Below, piece after piece: positions 50,774 to 60,174 of a DNA stretch of 64,000 nt. Under the pieces are notes generated by a model. It made no database searches. It saw only the letters and a program-made list of their open reading frames with translations, and was not told the DNA's origin. The stretch comes from an uncultured virus (IMG/VR IMGVR_UViG_3300033121_001607) (taxonomy: Duplodnaviria; Heunggongvirae; Uroviricota; Caudoviricetes), in the IMG/VR virus record IMGVR_UViG_3300033121_001607; one strand, written 5' to 3'. A program made the translations under genes and the position numbers. Within the stretch, counting starts at the first letter, position 1. Each line of letters begins with the position of its first letter.

Positions 50774-51366
50774 TAGATTGTTATGTTTTGAGGCGTTCTA
50801 ACAGAAACCGCAGGAGCAGAAGGAGCGGAAGGAGCAACAACTACTACTTCTTCTTTTGGAAAAGAAACACTAAGGGAAGTTTTATCCTGTTCCCTTTGAA
50901 CAAAGGGAGACGTATTATTGTTCTCTTGTAATTGATCAAGAAGCTTATTCAAGTCTTTCTTCTTGAACTTCCAAGAGGTTTCAGAAACCTCGTCAAACTT
51001 ACCAAGAGTCTGCAAATGATTTCGAAGTCCTTCGTCGTCAACAATTGTCCAGGCTCCCTTTGAAGAACGGACCTGTACTTTGCCAACTCCAGGGAAATCT
51101 AAAGTCTTATCTTTATTGCGCTGCATACATGCTTTGATGGCTTCTTCGAGTTTTTCAGCGTCAGACTCTTCTTTCTGAATTTGCTCGTCAATAGCGACAA
51201 CTCGACGTTTCTTGAGTTCTTTGAGAAACTCAATTTTCTTTGTCATATTTTGCAATACAAGTAGAACGTTTTCTATTTCATACTTATCCTGAAGTTGTTC
51301 AGTGCCATTGATGATGGCTTCAACTTTCAAATAAGACATTCCTGTTGCTTCGTCTTCGTAACTCAT
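50773..51366 (-). CDS. Mu Gam/Gp157-like host-nuclease inhibitor
   Basis: Coiled coil followed by KTLDFPGVGKVQVRS...KKDLNK. Confidence 0.55.
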   Translation of the reverse strand: MSYEDEATGMSYLKVEAIINGTEQLQDKYEIENVLLVLQNMTKKIEFLKELKKRRVVAIDEQIQKEESDAEKLEEAIKACMQRNKDKTLDFPGVGKVQVRSSKGAWTIVDDEGLRNHLQTLGKFDEVSETSWKFKKKDLNKLLDQLQENNNTSPFVQREQDKTSLSVSFPKEEVVVVAPSAPSAPAVSVRTPQNITI

Positions 51367-51375
51367 AAGGACTCC

Positions 51376-51687
51376 TTATCGTGGTGTAACTTTTAAAACT
51401 ATCGCCGTCTTATCTCCACCATCGAACGAAGCGCTATCGAAAGATGGCTCAACCACAAGATCTAAACCTTTTTTTGCCGCTTCGCCGCGAGCAATAATGA
51501 TTGCCTTCCAAGCATTATTCCCGGAGGACGCTCCAACTGTTTTAAGTTTGGCATGTCCATGTTTTGATACAACAGTTAAAACAGCAGAGGCTAGGCTCTT
51601 AACATATCCTTTTCTAAGTTCATCCGAAGTAAAAGAACCTTCTCCCTTTACTTTTAGAAGGGTGATATCAGGCTCAGTATTAGACAT
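51376..51687 (-). CDS. spoVS: SpoVS-family protein
   Basis: LLKV...SLASAV...VGA...NNAWKAIIIARG...GLDLVVEPSF....DG..KTAIVLKVTPR follows SpoVS over its full length. Confidence 0.85.
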   Translation of the reverse strand: MSNTEPDITLLKVKGEGSFTSDELRKGYVKSLASAVLTVVSKHGHAKLKTVGASSGNNAWKAIIIARGEAAKKGLDLVVEPSFDSASFDGGDKTAIVLKVTPR

Positions 51688-51697
51688 AACTAGCTCC

Positions 51698-52717
51698 TCA
51701 TTCTATAATACCGTAAAACTTCAATCGTTTCTGCATTAGGTCTGGATCATTCCAGGCTTTACTATTATGACATATCGACTGAAATTCACAATACCTACAA
51801 TCATAGCTATCTTTAGATATTGGACGAGGAGGCGGGAGTAATTTGTCTTTAGACATTTCGTTTAGTTTATAAGCCTGTTCCTTAATTTTTAGCCACATCT
51901 CTGGATTTCTATCAACCTTATAAATTTTTGTTGAAGAATCGTCTTTGTTCTCATAAATCAATATACCATAATCAAGGTCAAGAATGTTACTATAGATAAC
52001 TAACTGTGTTTTATAAACCAATGAAGGGCCGCTTTCGAGCTTTGATTTGAAACTATAAGAGTTAATGCTCTTCATATCCAAGACAATTGGTTTCTTAGGC
52101 AGGTCTTCTGCTCTAAAAAGAACATCAACCGCATTACCTTTCGAGAACATAGCTGTGTCAAATTGGGAAAAATCAAGAATTTGGTCGCAATGACCATGAA
52201 AATTGAGTTCCTTATCTTCAACCGTAATTTCATGATAATGAAACTTATTATTTCCGCAAACACACTCTTTTGGCTTAAAACAACCTATCTTATTATCAAG
52301 GCCATAAATCCTTGGTTTGAAATTTCTTGTAACTTCATCAACTTTCAATCCGTCTCTTTGAAGGATATCAGGATAATAATCGCCGTCATTGTCCCAAAGA
52401 TGACAGCACTCATTTGTACATTGCCAAATACCTCGCAAAACTCCTATTTCTGCAAAATAATGAGACCAACGAGCATGCATGCTATGGCCTGTATCAAAAA
52501 TTCTTACAGTCTTAGGCTCTATGTCGCTCTTATCAGGCGTTACAAGGCCTTGGTCTGAATACTTCTGATATTGAACCTTTCGCAAGCAGCCTCCAAACGA
52601 AGAGGGATGATATGAGGAATATCCGCGAGGAGGACCGTTGAGGTTCTTCCATTTCAGGAAAGTGTTCAATACGTTAATTACATTTGTTACTTCAGGTGGT
52701 TGTGCAACAGGAGGCAT
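51698..52717 (-). CDS. Cas4-like PD-(D/E)xK exonuclease
   Basis: HPSS..GC.R, G.SMH, GHCD, LDMKS, Q..Y, CRYCEF..IC. Confidence 0.8.
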   Translation of the reverse strand: MPPVAQPPEVTNVINVLNTFLKWKNLNGPPRGYSSYHPSSFGGCLRKVQYQKYSDQGLVTPDKSDIEPKTVRIFDTGHSMHARWSHYFAEIGVLRGIWQCTNECCHLWDNDGDYYPDILQRDGLKVDEVTRNFKPRIYGLDNKIGCFKPKECVCGNNKFHYHEITVEDKELNFHGHCDQILDFSQFDTAMFSKGNAVDVLFRAEDLPKKPIVLDMKSINSYSFKSKLESGPSLVYKTQLVIYSNILDLDYGILIYENKDDSSTKIYKVDRNPEMWLKIKEQAYKLNEMSKDKLLPPPRPISKDSYDCRYCEFQSICHNSKAWNDPDLMQKRLKFYGIIE

Positions 52718-52725
52718 ACATCTTC

Positions 52726-53502
52726 CTAATCTATCTCTATCTGAGAATATTTATTACTAAGACCTAAACAATACTTCTTCAATCCAAGCTCTTCAACTTT
52801 TGCTTTTGCTTCTCTAAGTAATTCTAGATAATCATTACTTGATTCTTTCTTTAGAAATTCGTCTGGATCTTTATGCTTTGGTAGAACAACAGGAATAAAT
52901 CGAATTCCTTTAGACTCAAGACCATACTCTCTGTACATTTTTACTGAACGGCTAAGATTTTTGAAACCCGAATCGTCAGAATCAAAACTCAAAAAAATAT
53001 CTCTACAATACCTTGCTATAATACACAGATGATAAGGACTAAAAGCGCTTCCAAGCAATCCAACAGTAACTCCAAAACCATATCTATGAGCGCATGCTGT
53101 ATCAAACTGACCTTCAACAACAATCGCCTTTTGATGCTTGATAATACTATCTTTTGCAACATTCATACCAAATAAAAAGAACTTCTTATCAAACTGTTCA
53201 TGCAAATGAGGCATCTTTGTTTTGTCTTTGCATCTAAAGTCTCTGGATGTAAGGATGATCAACTCGTCATGCTGGTCATATAATGGCATGATGAGCCTTC
53301 CGGCCCAATCATGCCCTTGCTTCTTCAATCTTTGAGGATAGTATCCAAAACGAAACTTCTTTATTACGTCGTCTGTAAGACCTCGTTCAACTCTTAGGTA
53401 ATTAAGAGTTTCTCGAACATCTTCGCTATCTTCTGTCCATAAAGTTTCTTGCGAAAGATTAACTATCGCCTTCCGCTCTACTTCTGGAAAATGAACCTTC
53501 AT
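52726..53502 (-). CDS. dnaG: DnaG-type primase catalytic core (TOPRIM), no zinc-binding domain
   Basis: YL..RGL, RLIMP, LFG, IVVEGQFD, FDSDDSG, KDPDEFL. Confidence 0.85.
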   Translation of the reverse strand: MKVHFPEVERKAIVNLSQETLWTEDSEDVRETLNYLRVERGLTDDVIKKFRFGYYPQRLKKQGHDWAGRLIMPLYDQHDELIILTSRDFRCKDKTKMPHLHEQFDKKFFLFGMNVAKDSIIKHQKAIVVEGQFDTACAHRYGFGVTVGLLGSAFSPYHLCIIARYCRDIFLSFDSDDSGFKNLSRSVKMYREYGLESKGIRFIPVVLPKHKDPDEFLKKESSNDYLELLREAKAKVEELGLKKYCLGLSNKYSQIEID

Positions 53503-54734
53503 ATTTCAGGATTTTCGACAACTTCTACTTCAGTTTCGCTTGATACACCGTCTTCTTCCTCAAGAATTTCACTTAGTTCGTCTTTCTTTGACTTTTGCTT
53601 ATTCGCTTTCTTCTTCGCGTTCTCCAGCTTCTCTTTGTTCTGTTCGATAAATGCAATATGCTTATCGTAGTTCAAAATTGCAGCAGGAAGAACAACTTCG
53701 GCTTGCTTAGCAGCGCCTTTGATTGCGTTGATAAGCTCGCCAACCTTATTCTGAGCAACCAACTCTGCTATAAACGCTTTCTTCCCCTCAACCTTCAAGC
53801 CGCCCCAAGAAAAGACGCCATTACGAACGCTAATAACTTTCGTTTGACGACCATACTCAAAAGCATTCTCTTCAACTTGAGGGAAGTAGTGTTCGTAGTA
53901 AATTGGAATACGAATACCGCCAAAGTGAGGAGCAGCAAAACGATTCTTCTGAATGAAGACGTTTGCCGAACCTGAAATCATTCTTTCCTTACCGTCGTCG
54001 TCTTCAATGTATCTATATCCATCCTTTGCGTTGACTTTATTCATCTTAAGGATTACCGAACAAGCATGGGCAATAGCCTTGCCGCCTGGATAACCTTCGG
54101 GATCTTTGAACATTGCCGTTGGAGAAATGCGAAGCTGATTAATGAAGATAACAAGCGTATTGTTTGCTGCTGCAAGACTACAAATCTTGTTTACGGTCTT
54201 GCCAAGCAAGCGGGCGAGCGCTGCCATTGTATCTTTATCAGCAGGATTCTCCATAACATAACGAGGAACAAGCGAAGCAACCGAGTCGAGAACAACAACT
54301 CCTGCCCCTTTCTTGCAGGCATCCATTACAAAATCCAAAGCAGACTCTCCATCAAATACTTTATCAGGATTGTTCTTATCGAACATTGACCTGCGACCAA
54401 TTTTTGCAAGATCAACTCCATTAATTCTTGCTAAAGACTCGCTGAAAGAATTCTCAACATCGACCCAAATCGGAATCTTTCCCATTCGCTGAGCATTACC
54501 GCAAATTGAATAAGCAAGAGAAGACTTACCGCCGCCTTCGCCACCATAAATCATGACAAGTTTACCAGTTGGTATGCCGCCTGTCTTGATCGAATCGCCG
54601 TCATTATTCAATAAACCGCTTGCAATAATGTAATCAAGCTCAGCATGCCCTGTAGGAATAAACTCGGTTGGATTACCCTCAGAACCAAACTCAAAACCTT
54701 CAAAATTCGCTAACGCTGTACTTTTCTTTGCCAT
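53499..54734 (-). CDS. recA: RecA recombinase
   Basis: IPTG..LD, GGIPTG, YGGEGGGKSS, DVENS, LDSVASL, FINQLR, PGG.A, KNRFAAP. Confidence 0.93.
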   Translation of the reverse strand: MAKKSTALANFEGFEFGSEGNPTEFIPTGHAELDYIIASGLLNNDGDSIKTGGIPTGKLVMIYGGEGGGKSSLAYSICGNAQRMGKIPIWVDVENSFSESLARINGVDLAKIGRRSMFDKNNPDKVFDGESALDFVMDACKKGAGVVVLDSVASLVPRYVMENPADKDTMAALARLLGKTVNKICSLAAANNTLVIFINQLRISPTAMFKDPEGYPGGKAIAHACSVILKMNKVNAKDGYRYIEDDDGKERMISGSANVFIQKNRFAAPHFGGIRIPIYYEHYFPQVEENAFEYGRQTKVISVRNGVFSWGGLKVEGKKAFIAELVAQNKVGELINAIKGAAKQAEVVLPAAILNYDKHIAFIEQNKEKLENAKKKANKQKSKKDELSEILEEEDGVSSETEVEVVENPEI

Positions 54735-54776
54735 TTTTATCTCCATTTCTCTATTTGCGTACTAATAGCTCATCGT

Positions 54777-54812
54777 AATAAAAAGGCCGTGGCCCAAGAG
54801 CAACCACGGCCT
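54777..54812 (-). terminator. Intrinsic terminator after the ssb-like gene
   Basis: AGGCCGTGG...CCACGGCCT followed by a T run on the minus strand. Confidence 0.75.
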
Positions 54813-54835
54813 GTTCATTACAGACTTACTTACTT

Positions 54836-55513
54836 TTAGAATCCAAGATCAAGCTTGCCCGAAGCGGCTTTTGCGGGAGCAGCGGTCGGTGCCGAAGCGG
54901 CTTGCGCCGGGGCCTTTGACTTGCTCGGGTAAAGCTTCTCTTCGATTTCGCTCTGAGGAGTAGGAGCAAACTCCTTAGCAAGATCCCAAAGATCCTGCTC
55001 TTTCAACATAGCCTTCTCTTCGTCGGTAAAAGGCGTTTGAATAACCGGAGTTGTATTGTACTCGGTACGTTTCTTATCGCCGCTCGCCGGAATCTTGACG
55101 GTGATCTCGAAATCTGCGCCGCCTCTATTACCAGGGTGCTGACCGGAAGCTTTTGCCCAACGCTTGATTGCATCAAATACGCTAGCAGGAGCCTCCATAA
55201 TCTTTAGTTTTCCGTCTGCTCGATCAATTACATTGACCGCATAACGAGGCTTGGCCTCAACATTATACTTCTGACGAATAATGCAGTTTGCAGGGTCTTC
55301 CGTAATCGCCCTGTTAAATCTCTTAGGATCGTCTGGATTTGCAACGTAATAGGCGTAAAAACTGCACGGGTCGCCAACAGGACGGATTCTATAAGTTGTA
55401 CCTTGGATGCTTCCGGTCAACTTAAGATACTTGCTATCACTGCCTCCGCCCTTACCGCCCTTCTTACCCGTCGAACCCGAATCAACATCATCCCAACCAA
55501 TTATCTTACTCAT
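54836..55513 (-). CDS. Phage single-stranded DNA-binding protein (gp32-like)
   Basis: YLKL, YRIRP, RYAVNVIDRAD..LKI, G.DFEIT, TEY; Ala-rich linker and LDLGF tail; next to recA. Confidence 0.7.
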   Translation of the reverse strand: MSKIIGWDDVDSGSTGKKGGKGGGSDSKYLKLTGSIQGTTYRIRPVGDPCSFYAYYVANPDDPKRFNRAITEDPANCIIRQKYNVEAKPRYAVNVIDRADGKLKIMEAPASVFDAIKRWAKASGQHPGNRGGADFEITVKIPASGDKKRTEYNTTPVIQTPFTDEEKAMLKEQDLWDLAKEFAPTPQSEIEEKLYPSKSKAPAQAASAPTAAPAKAASGKLDLGF

Positions 55514-55752
55514 TTCAAAACTCCTTGTCTCTGATACTCTGTTTATTTGAGTTCAGCTTTTTATTCTACGTCTTCTCGAAACCCTGAAACACTCAGAATC
55601 TCTCTTCTCTAGGTCTCTGTTTACTCTGTCTAATAAATAAAACATAACCTAAAACTAGCATTAATTTCTAACAATTTCAATATAATTTGTATGCATTTGT
55701 CGGCTATATCTCCTTTCTCTAATCTCTAGAACTCTAAAACTCGGATACTCTT

Positions 55753-55760
55753 AATTCGAC
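55753..55760 (-). promoter_or_regulatory. GTCGAATT box with AAAGG 15 nt upstream (sigma-H-like architecture), heading the long ssb leader
   Basis: AAAGG-TTTTTGTTGAATTTG-GTCGAATT. Confidence 0.55.
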
Positions 55761-55778
55761 CAAATTCAACAAAAACCT

Positions 55779-56951
55779 TTAGTCATCTAACCAACTTATT
55801 TTCCCTGTCTTTCCTGGACCGCTCATCGGCATTTTTGTCGAGGAAGACTGAGCTTTCACCGCCTCTTGAACCTCTAATCTATCAAAACCTTCTGCTGCAA
55901 TTTCTGGCGAAACAGCAGAACGAGCAGAAACGTTCTCAACAACTTTTTTAGCCTTATCGGACAAGTTTGCATAGTTCTTTTCGTGACTATCTGTAATATT
56001 CTGCTGCTTAAGCAGTTCAAGCGTTATACTAATCTTACGACTGAGAATTTCTTTCGACTCAAGCAGATTGTGGTAAACGTCTTTGGCTGCTTGCTCAAGA
56101 GCCTCAACCTCGCAGGCATACATTTCAATATCCTTCATATGATCATGAATAACGCCGTCTTGACGGGCCGCAGGCTTCTCATAAGTAACCTTTGCGAGAA
56201 CGCCCCTAAGCAATTCAACGCCTCTTTTAGAGGCAGAGCATTGACCTGTTGCCTGAATCTTAATTTCAACAACTCTATCGAGAAGGGACTGAATCTTATT
56301 GAGCTTATCAGCCATTCCTTCCAGGTCCATCAACTCAGTGCTTGTGCTAACATGACAAGTTCTAAGTTCATTCATAAGCTTATCAACAAGAAGAGGTTTT
56401 CCTCCTCTTGTTAGGGACTTAATAAAAGTCTGCTTTTCCGAATAGAAATGAGCGAACATTGGCGACGGAGGAACGAGAGTCCATCCGTCTTCGTCTGCTT
56501 TACTTGCGACCGAGGGAGTCGTTACGGACTCCTCCTTTGTCTCCTCAACTTCTTCTCCAGTGTTTGTATCTTCATTATGAGCGGTTTGTTTTTGCGCCAC
56601 GGGTTTACTCTCCTCGCTGACAGGCTTTCCAGAGAGAACTGACTGCTTGAGTATCTCCTCAAACGAGTTTTTGCCGAGTTCTGCGGCTGGTTGCTGAACG
56701 ATTTGTTCTTGTTTGATCTTCGCTTCATTGCTTTGCTCCTTTGCAACATAAGTAACCTCAATCATAGGAGCATCTTTTGCTAAGACTTCATTCAGCTTTT
56801 TTGATTTCTGCTCAAAACCCTCGGTGCCTCTGGCCTTTATAACCTCAGCATAAGAAGTTTCTTGGCTTTCGTCGTCTTCTTCTCTAATGTTCGATCCATC
56901 TTTAGGAATACCAAAGATGTCATCTAAAAGCTGTTCATTTATCGACGGCAT
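55779..56951 (-). CDS. Hypothetical protein (disordered N-terminus, coiled-coil C-terminus)
   Basis: Long ORF with AAGGA RBS. Confidence 0.6.
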   Translation of the reverse strand: MPSINEQLLDDIFGIPKDGSNIREEDDESQETSYAEVIKARGTEGFEQKSKKLNEVLAKDAPMIEVTYVAKEQSNEAKIKQEQIVQQPAAELGKNSFEEILKQSVLSGKPVSEESKPVAQKQTAHNEDTNTGEEVEETKEESVTTPSVASKADEDGWTLVPPSPMFAHFYSEKQTFIKSLTRGGKPLLVDKLMNELRTCHVSTSTELMDLEGMADKLNKIQSLLDRVVEIKIQATGQCSASKRGVELLRGVLAKVTYEKPAARQDGVIHDHMKDIEMYACEVEALEQAAKDVYHNLLESKEILSRKISITLELLKQQNITDSHEKNYANLSDKAKKVVENVSARSAVSPEIAAEGFDRLEVQEAVKAQSSSTKMPMSGPGKTGKISWLDD

Positions 56952-56970
56952 TTATTGTCTTCCTTTAACT

Positions 56971-57297
56971 TCAACCAAGAGCGTCAAAATCTTTCTTTTC
57001 TTCTTCAGTTAAGGCTCGTTTATTATTGTTAGTCGTAGAAGACACAAATGCGGAGAATCCATTAAGATTCAATTCTTCAAAAACCCTCTTCTGGGTATTC
57101 TCAAAATCCTCTCTCACAAGAGTTGTGATACCATCGCTTTTGGCTCGCAACATATCAATATTTTCCCATTCAACTTCAATCTGATGTTCCACAATAACAT
57201 CCATTGTTTCAAACTTTGCAGTATTGTATTTTCTGATAATGGCCTTGCGTACAACTGACTTTCTCATATTTTGATCTTGCGACATATTATTCTCCAA
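56971..57297 (-). CDS. Hypothetical protein
   Basis: ORF; the likely start is the ATG after GGAG (MSQDQ). Confidence 0.6.
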   Translation of the reverse strand: MENNMSQDQNMRKSVVRKAIIRKYNTAKFETMDVIVEHQIEVEWENIDMLRAKSDGITTLVREDFENTQKRVFEELNLNGFSAFVSSTTNNNKRALTEEEKKDFDALG

Positions 57298-57335
57298 ATA
57301 ACAATTCGTCTACTCTATCATTGTTTGCGTCTATT

Positions 57336-59312
57336 TCACCCAAAAATATTGCCTACAATGACACCTTTCTTCTTAGCTCTCTTCAGGTCTTCTCTAATAA
57401 TTTCAAAAGATTTAAGAACTTCTTCTCTATTTGGACTTCGACCTCCGCCTTTTGATGGCTTAAAGAAGCCAGCATTCAATAAAGATTCAAAAGATTTAGC
57501 ATCAACCATCTTCGTGTCAGTCTTTTCAGCAAACTCTTGCAGGCTAGCATAAGGCTGATGCTCTACAATATTAATTGCAGCATTATGACTTAGACCCTTA
57601 CACTTTATAGAAGGCATGATTTGCGATTTTGGAATACCATTTGCAGGATCTGCCTTCTTGACAATAAAGTATTCAAGTTTGCATTTATTAATTTGCCTTG
57701 GCAAAATCTCTATATTCATCTCTTTAGAGATTTTCTCAAGAGCATCAACCTTGTCGTAGTTTGAACGATTGATTTCAACATTAAGATAAGCTGTAAGAAA
57801 CTCTTCTGGAAAGTTTGCCTTCAAATAAGCAGTAACATAAGAGTTGTAAGCATAGCAGCAAGCATGCGCTTTATTGAAGCCGTAATCAGCGAATGGCATG
57901 ATTACCTTGTCCCAATAATCTTGAGCAATCTTCTCGTCTACATTATTTTCTTTTGCGCCGGAAATAAATTTTGCTCTATATTTCGCTAAAAGCTCTGGCT
58001 TCTTTTTACCAATTGCTTTGATAACGACGTAACCTTCAGGAATAGAGAAGCCTGCAATCGAGTTACAAATCTGCATAACTTGCTCTTGATACACAAGGAG
58101 CCCATAAGTCTTTTTGAGATAAGGCTCAACATATTTCTTTAGAGAAGGATGGAAATAATTGATAGATTCCGAACCGTGCTTGCGGTCGCAGTAAGTTGAA
58201 ATTGAGTCCATTGGACCAGGACGATACAGCGCAATACCTGCCATGATATCGTCAAGAGAGTCAACTCCCATGTTTACCATAGTCTTCTGCATTCCAGGCT
58301 CTTCGCACTGGAATACGCCTGTTAGCTTACCGCTCTTGTATAAATCAAAAGTCTTCTTGTCCTCAAGAGGCAAATCATAGATGTTGATCTTCAAACCATA
58401 GTTTTGCTCAACAAGTTTACAGCATCGACCAATAACAGAAAGCGTGCTAAGAGCAAGAATATCGAACTTAATCAGTCCAAGAAATTCTAGATCGTTATAC
58501 TCAAACTGAGTTGCAAAAGCGTATTTAACTTCGCCGTCTTCGGCTGTATCTGTAATCTTGCTTTGTTTAAGCGGGGCTATGCGGCCAAGAGGCTCATTTG
58601 ATATAACAATACCGGCGGCATGCACTCCGAATATAGATAAAAGTCCCTCAATACTCCTAGAGTGTTCAAGTATAGCAGGGTATTTCTCCATATAATATGC
58701 AAACTTTGGACACCATTTATAAGCATCCTGGACAGTCTTGACTGGGTGTTCATTTCCTTGATCATCTGTTACTTTCAAAAAAGCGCCATATTGAGGCGGA
58801 AGCGCATTCAATATTTCGTCACCAAGCTCGTTAGTCTTTGTTTTCCACTCGTCATAGCCCTTGAAAAAAGTATTCTCTGGATCTATAGCCTTGACCGCTC
58901 GACGAACAAACGACTTCATCTTAAGGCCGGAATACGTTCCAATATTGCCGACATGCTCTCTTCCGTAGGTATCAATAATGTATTTATACATTTCGTCTCT
59001 ACGTTCATAGTCAAAATCCGAGTCAATATCGGGGAAGCCTTTACGAGCAAATGCTCGACGCTTTGGCAAAAACTCCGAACCTTCGTCGGGCCTCTTATCG
59101 GTCATACCAAGAGCGTATGCGGTCCAAGAATTGATATCATTACGATGACCAACCTTACCATGAGAATGCTTCCAAATGGAATGAAACTTTTGTAGAACAG
59201 GCTTTTCGTCCAAACCTTCTATCTGCTCCATTTGAGCTAGTTCTTTCTCAATCAGAGGCAAAAGGGACTTATCCTTAACTGCCTCCAAAATTTCTTGCTT
59301 CATATCCGCCAT
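57336..59312 (-). CDS. dnaE: DNA polymerase III alpha, C-terminal part (catalytic palm, thumb, fingers, HhH)
   Basis: PDIDSDF, HAAGIVI, KFDILAL, GVFQCE, ALYRPGP, YQEQVM, YGFNKAH, YLKANFP. Confidence 0.93.
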   Translation of the reverse strand: MADMKQEILEAVKDKSLLPLIEKELAQMEQIEGLDEKPVLQKFHSIWKHSHGKVGHRNDINSWTAYALGMTDKRPDEGSEFLPKRRAFARKGFPDIDSDFDYERRDEMYKYIIDTYGREHVGNIGTYSGLKMKSFVRRAVKAIDPENTFFKGYDEWKTKTNELGDEILNALPPQYGAFLKVTDDQGNEHPVKTVQDAYKWCPKFAYYMEKYPAILEHSRSIEGLLSIFGVHAAGIVISNEPLGRIAPLKQSKITDTAEDGEVKYAFATQFEYNDLEFLGLIKFDILALSTLSVIGRCCKLVEQNYGLKINIYDLPLEDKKTFDLYKSGKLTGVFQCEEPGMQKTMVNMGVDSLDDIMAGIALYRPGPMDSISTYCDRKHGSESINYFHPSLKKYVEPYLKKTYGLLVYQEQVMQICNSIAGFSIPEGYVVIKAIGKKKPELLAKYRAKFISGAKENNVDEKIAQDYWDKVIMPFADYGFNKAHACCYAYNSYVTAYLKANFPEEFLTAYLNVEINRSNYDKVDALEKISKEMNIEILPRQINKCKLEYFIVKKADPANGIPKSQIMPSIKCKGLSHNAAINIVEHQPYASLQEFAEKTDTKMVDAKSFESLLNAGFFKPSKGGGRSPNREEVLKSFEIIREDLKRAKKKGVIVGNIFG

Positions 59313-59920
59313 TTATCGTCTCCAACAATAGTCAATCTCGGAAGAGCAGCGCCTGTTCCATAAATCCAAGAACCGATTTGATCTGCAACTCTATAACCGT
59401 ATGACCCTAGTTCTATTTTCGTCATAGGTGTTACTATATCACAACAAAGAGAACTCTGGCATCCAATCCTTTCGTCGTCAATAATTGGCTCAATCGAAAG
59501 ATCTTTACCTAAGACATTTTCCATGAATATTGCAGCCTTTTCAATCATGGAATCAACTTTGCCTGCCGTCTTTGTAGTATCGCAAAAATCATTACCAATA
59601 TATTCTATCAGTTCAACTTTGAAAAAATTTGGGAAATGAAGACCGTCTTTAAGATCATCATTCGGTCTAAAGCAAGGAGTGGCGCAGCAGTATTTGCCCT
59701 TAGAAAGTTTCTTATCAATAGCCATTTGCAAAAATGATTGTTCTCCAGAAGCGACAAAACCACTAGGATTAGATTTTACAACATCTTCCTTGCTCAAAAA
59801 AGAAGGAGTAGTTATTACAAGAGCGCCAAAAGACACCTGCCACGGCACATCAATATAAACATACCCAGCAAGCTCATAATAGGCAATAGCTTCTGCAACA
59901 ATTTTATAGTCTATATTCAC
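59300..59920 (-). CDS. Stand-alone class II aminoacyl-tRNA synthetase-like catalytic domain
   Basis: ASGEQSF, motif 2-like TPCFR...F.KVE, IELGSYG, motif 3-like GTGAALPR; no anticodon-binding domain. Confidence 0.6.
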   Translation of the reverse strand: MNIDYKIVAEAIAYYELAGYVYIDVPWQVSFGALVITTPSFLSKEDVVKSNPSGFVASGEQSFLQMAIDKKLSKGKYCCATPCFRPNDDLKDGLHFPNFFKVELIEYIGNDFCDTTKTAGKVDSMIEKAAIFMENVLGKDLSIEPIIDDERIGCQSSLCCDIVTPMTKIELGSYGYRVADQIGSWIYGTGAALPRLTIVGDDKWRI

Positions 59921-60165
59921 AATCTTGTTCCATCCATAAAAGCAGAACGAGTTGCAAGAGACATAATAATCAGGTCTTGCATAGTTATACTCGGATGCTG
60001 CCTTTCCAAATAACCTTGAATAGCTCCAACAATATCAGAAAGCTCAACAAGAGCCATTATCCTATTACTTTGTCTTTCAGCATCTTGCAGTTCTTCTATT
60101 TCTTCTTTTATCTTAGAAGATTCTCCATACTTACCTTTTGCAATTTTGGTTTTATGATATCCCAT
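59917..60165 (-). CDS. Small MazG-like (all-alpha NTP pyrophosphatase) protein
   Basis: KIKEEIEELQDA...VELSDIVGA (EExxE...ExxD). Confidence 0.6.
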   Translation of the reverse strand: MGYHKTKIAKGKYGESSKIKEEIEELQDAERQSNRIMALVELSDIVGAIQGYLERQHPSITMQDLIIMSLATRSAFMDGTRL

Positions 60166-60174
60166 ATTATCTCC

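Noticed and set aside
13029..51780. Intragenic GTCGAT matches (e.g. in dnaJ, dnaX, the Cas4-like gene)
   Set aside because: Expected by chance in coding sequence (Val-Asp/Ser-Ile codons); not counted as promoters without TSS data.
51698..52717. CRISPR-Cas system suggested by the Cas4-like gene
   Set aside because: No repeat-spacer array and no other cas gene seen; solo Cas4-like nucleases are common in phage recombination modules.
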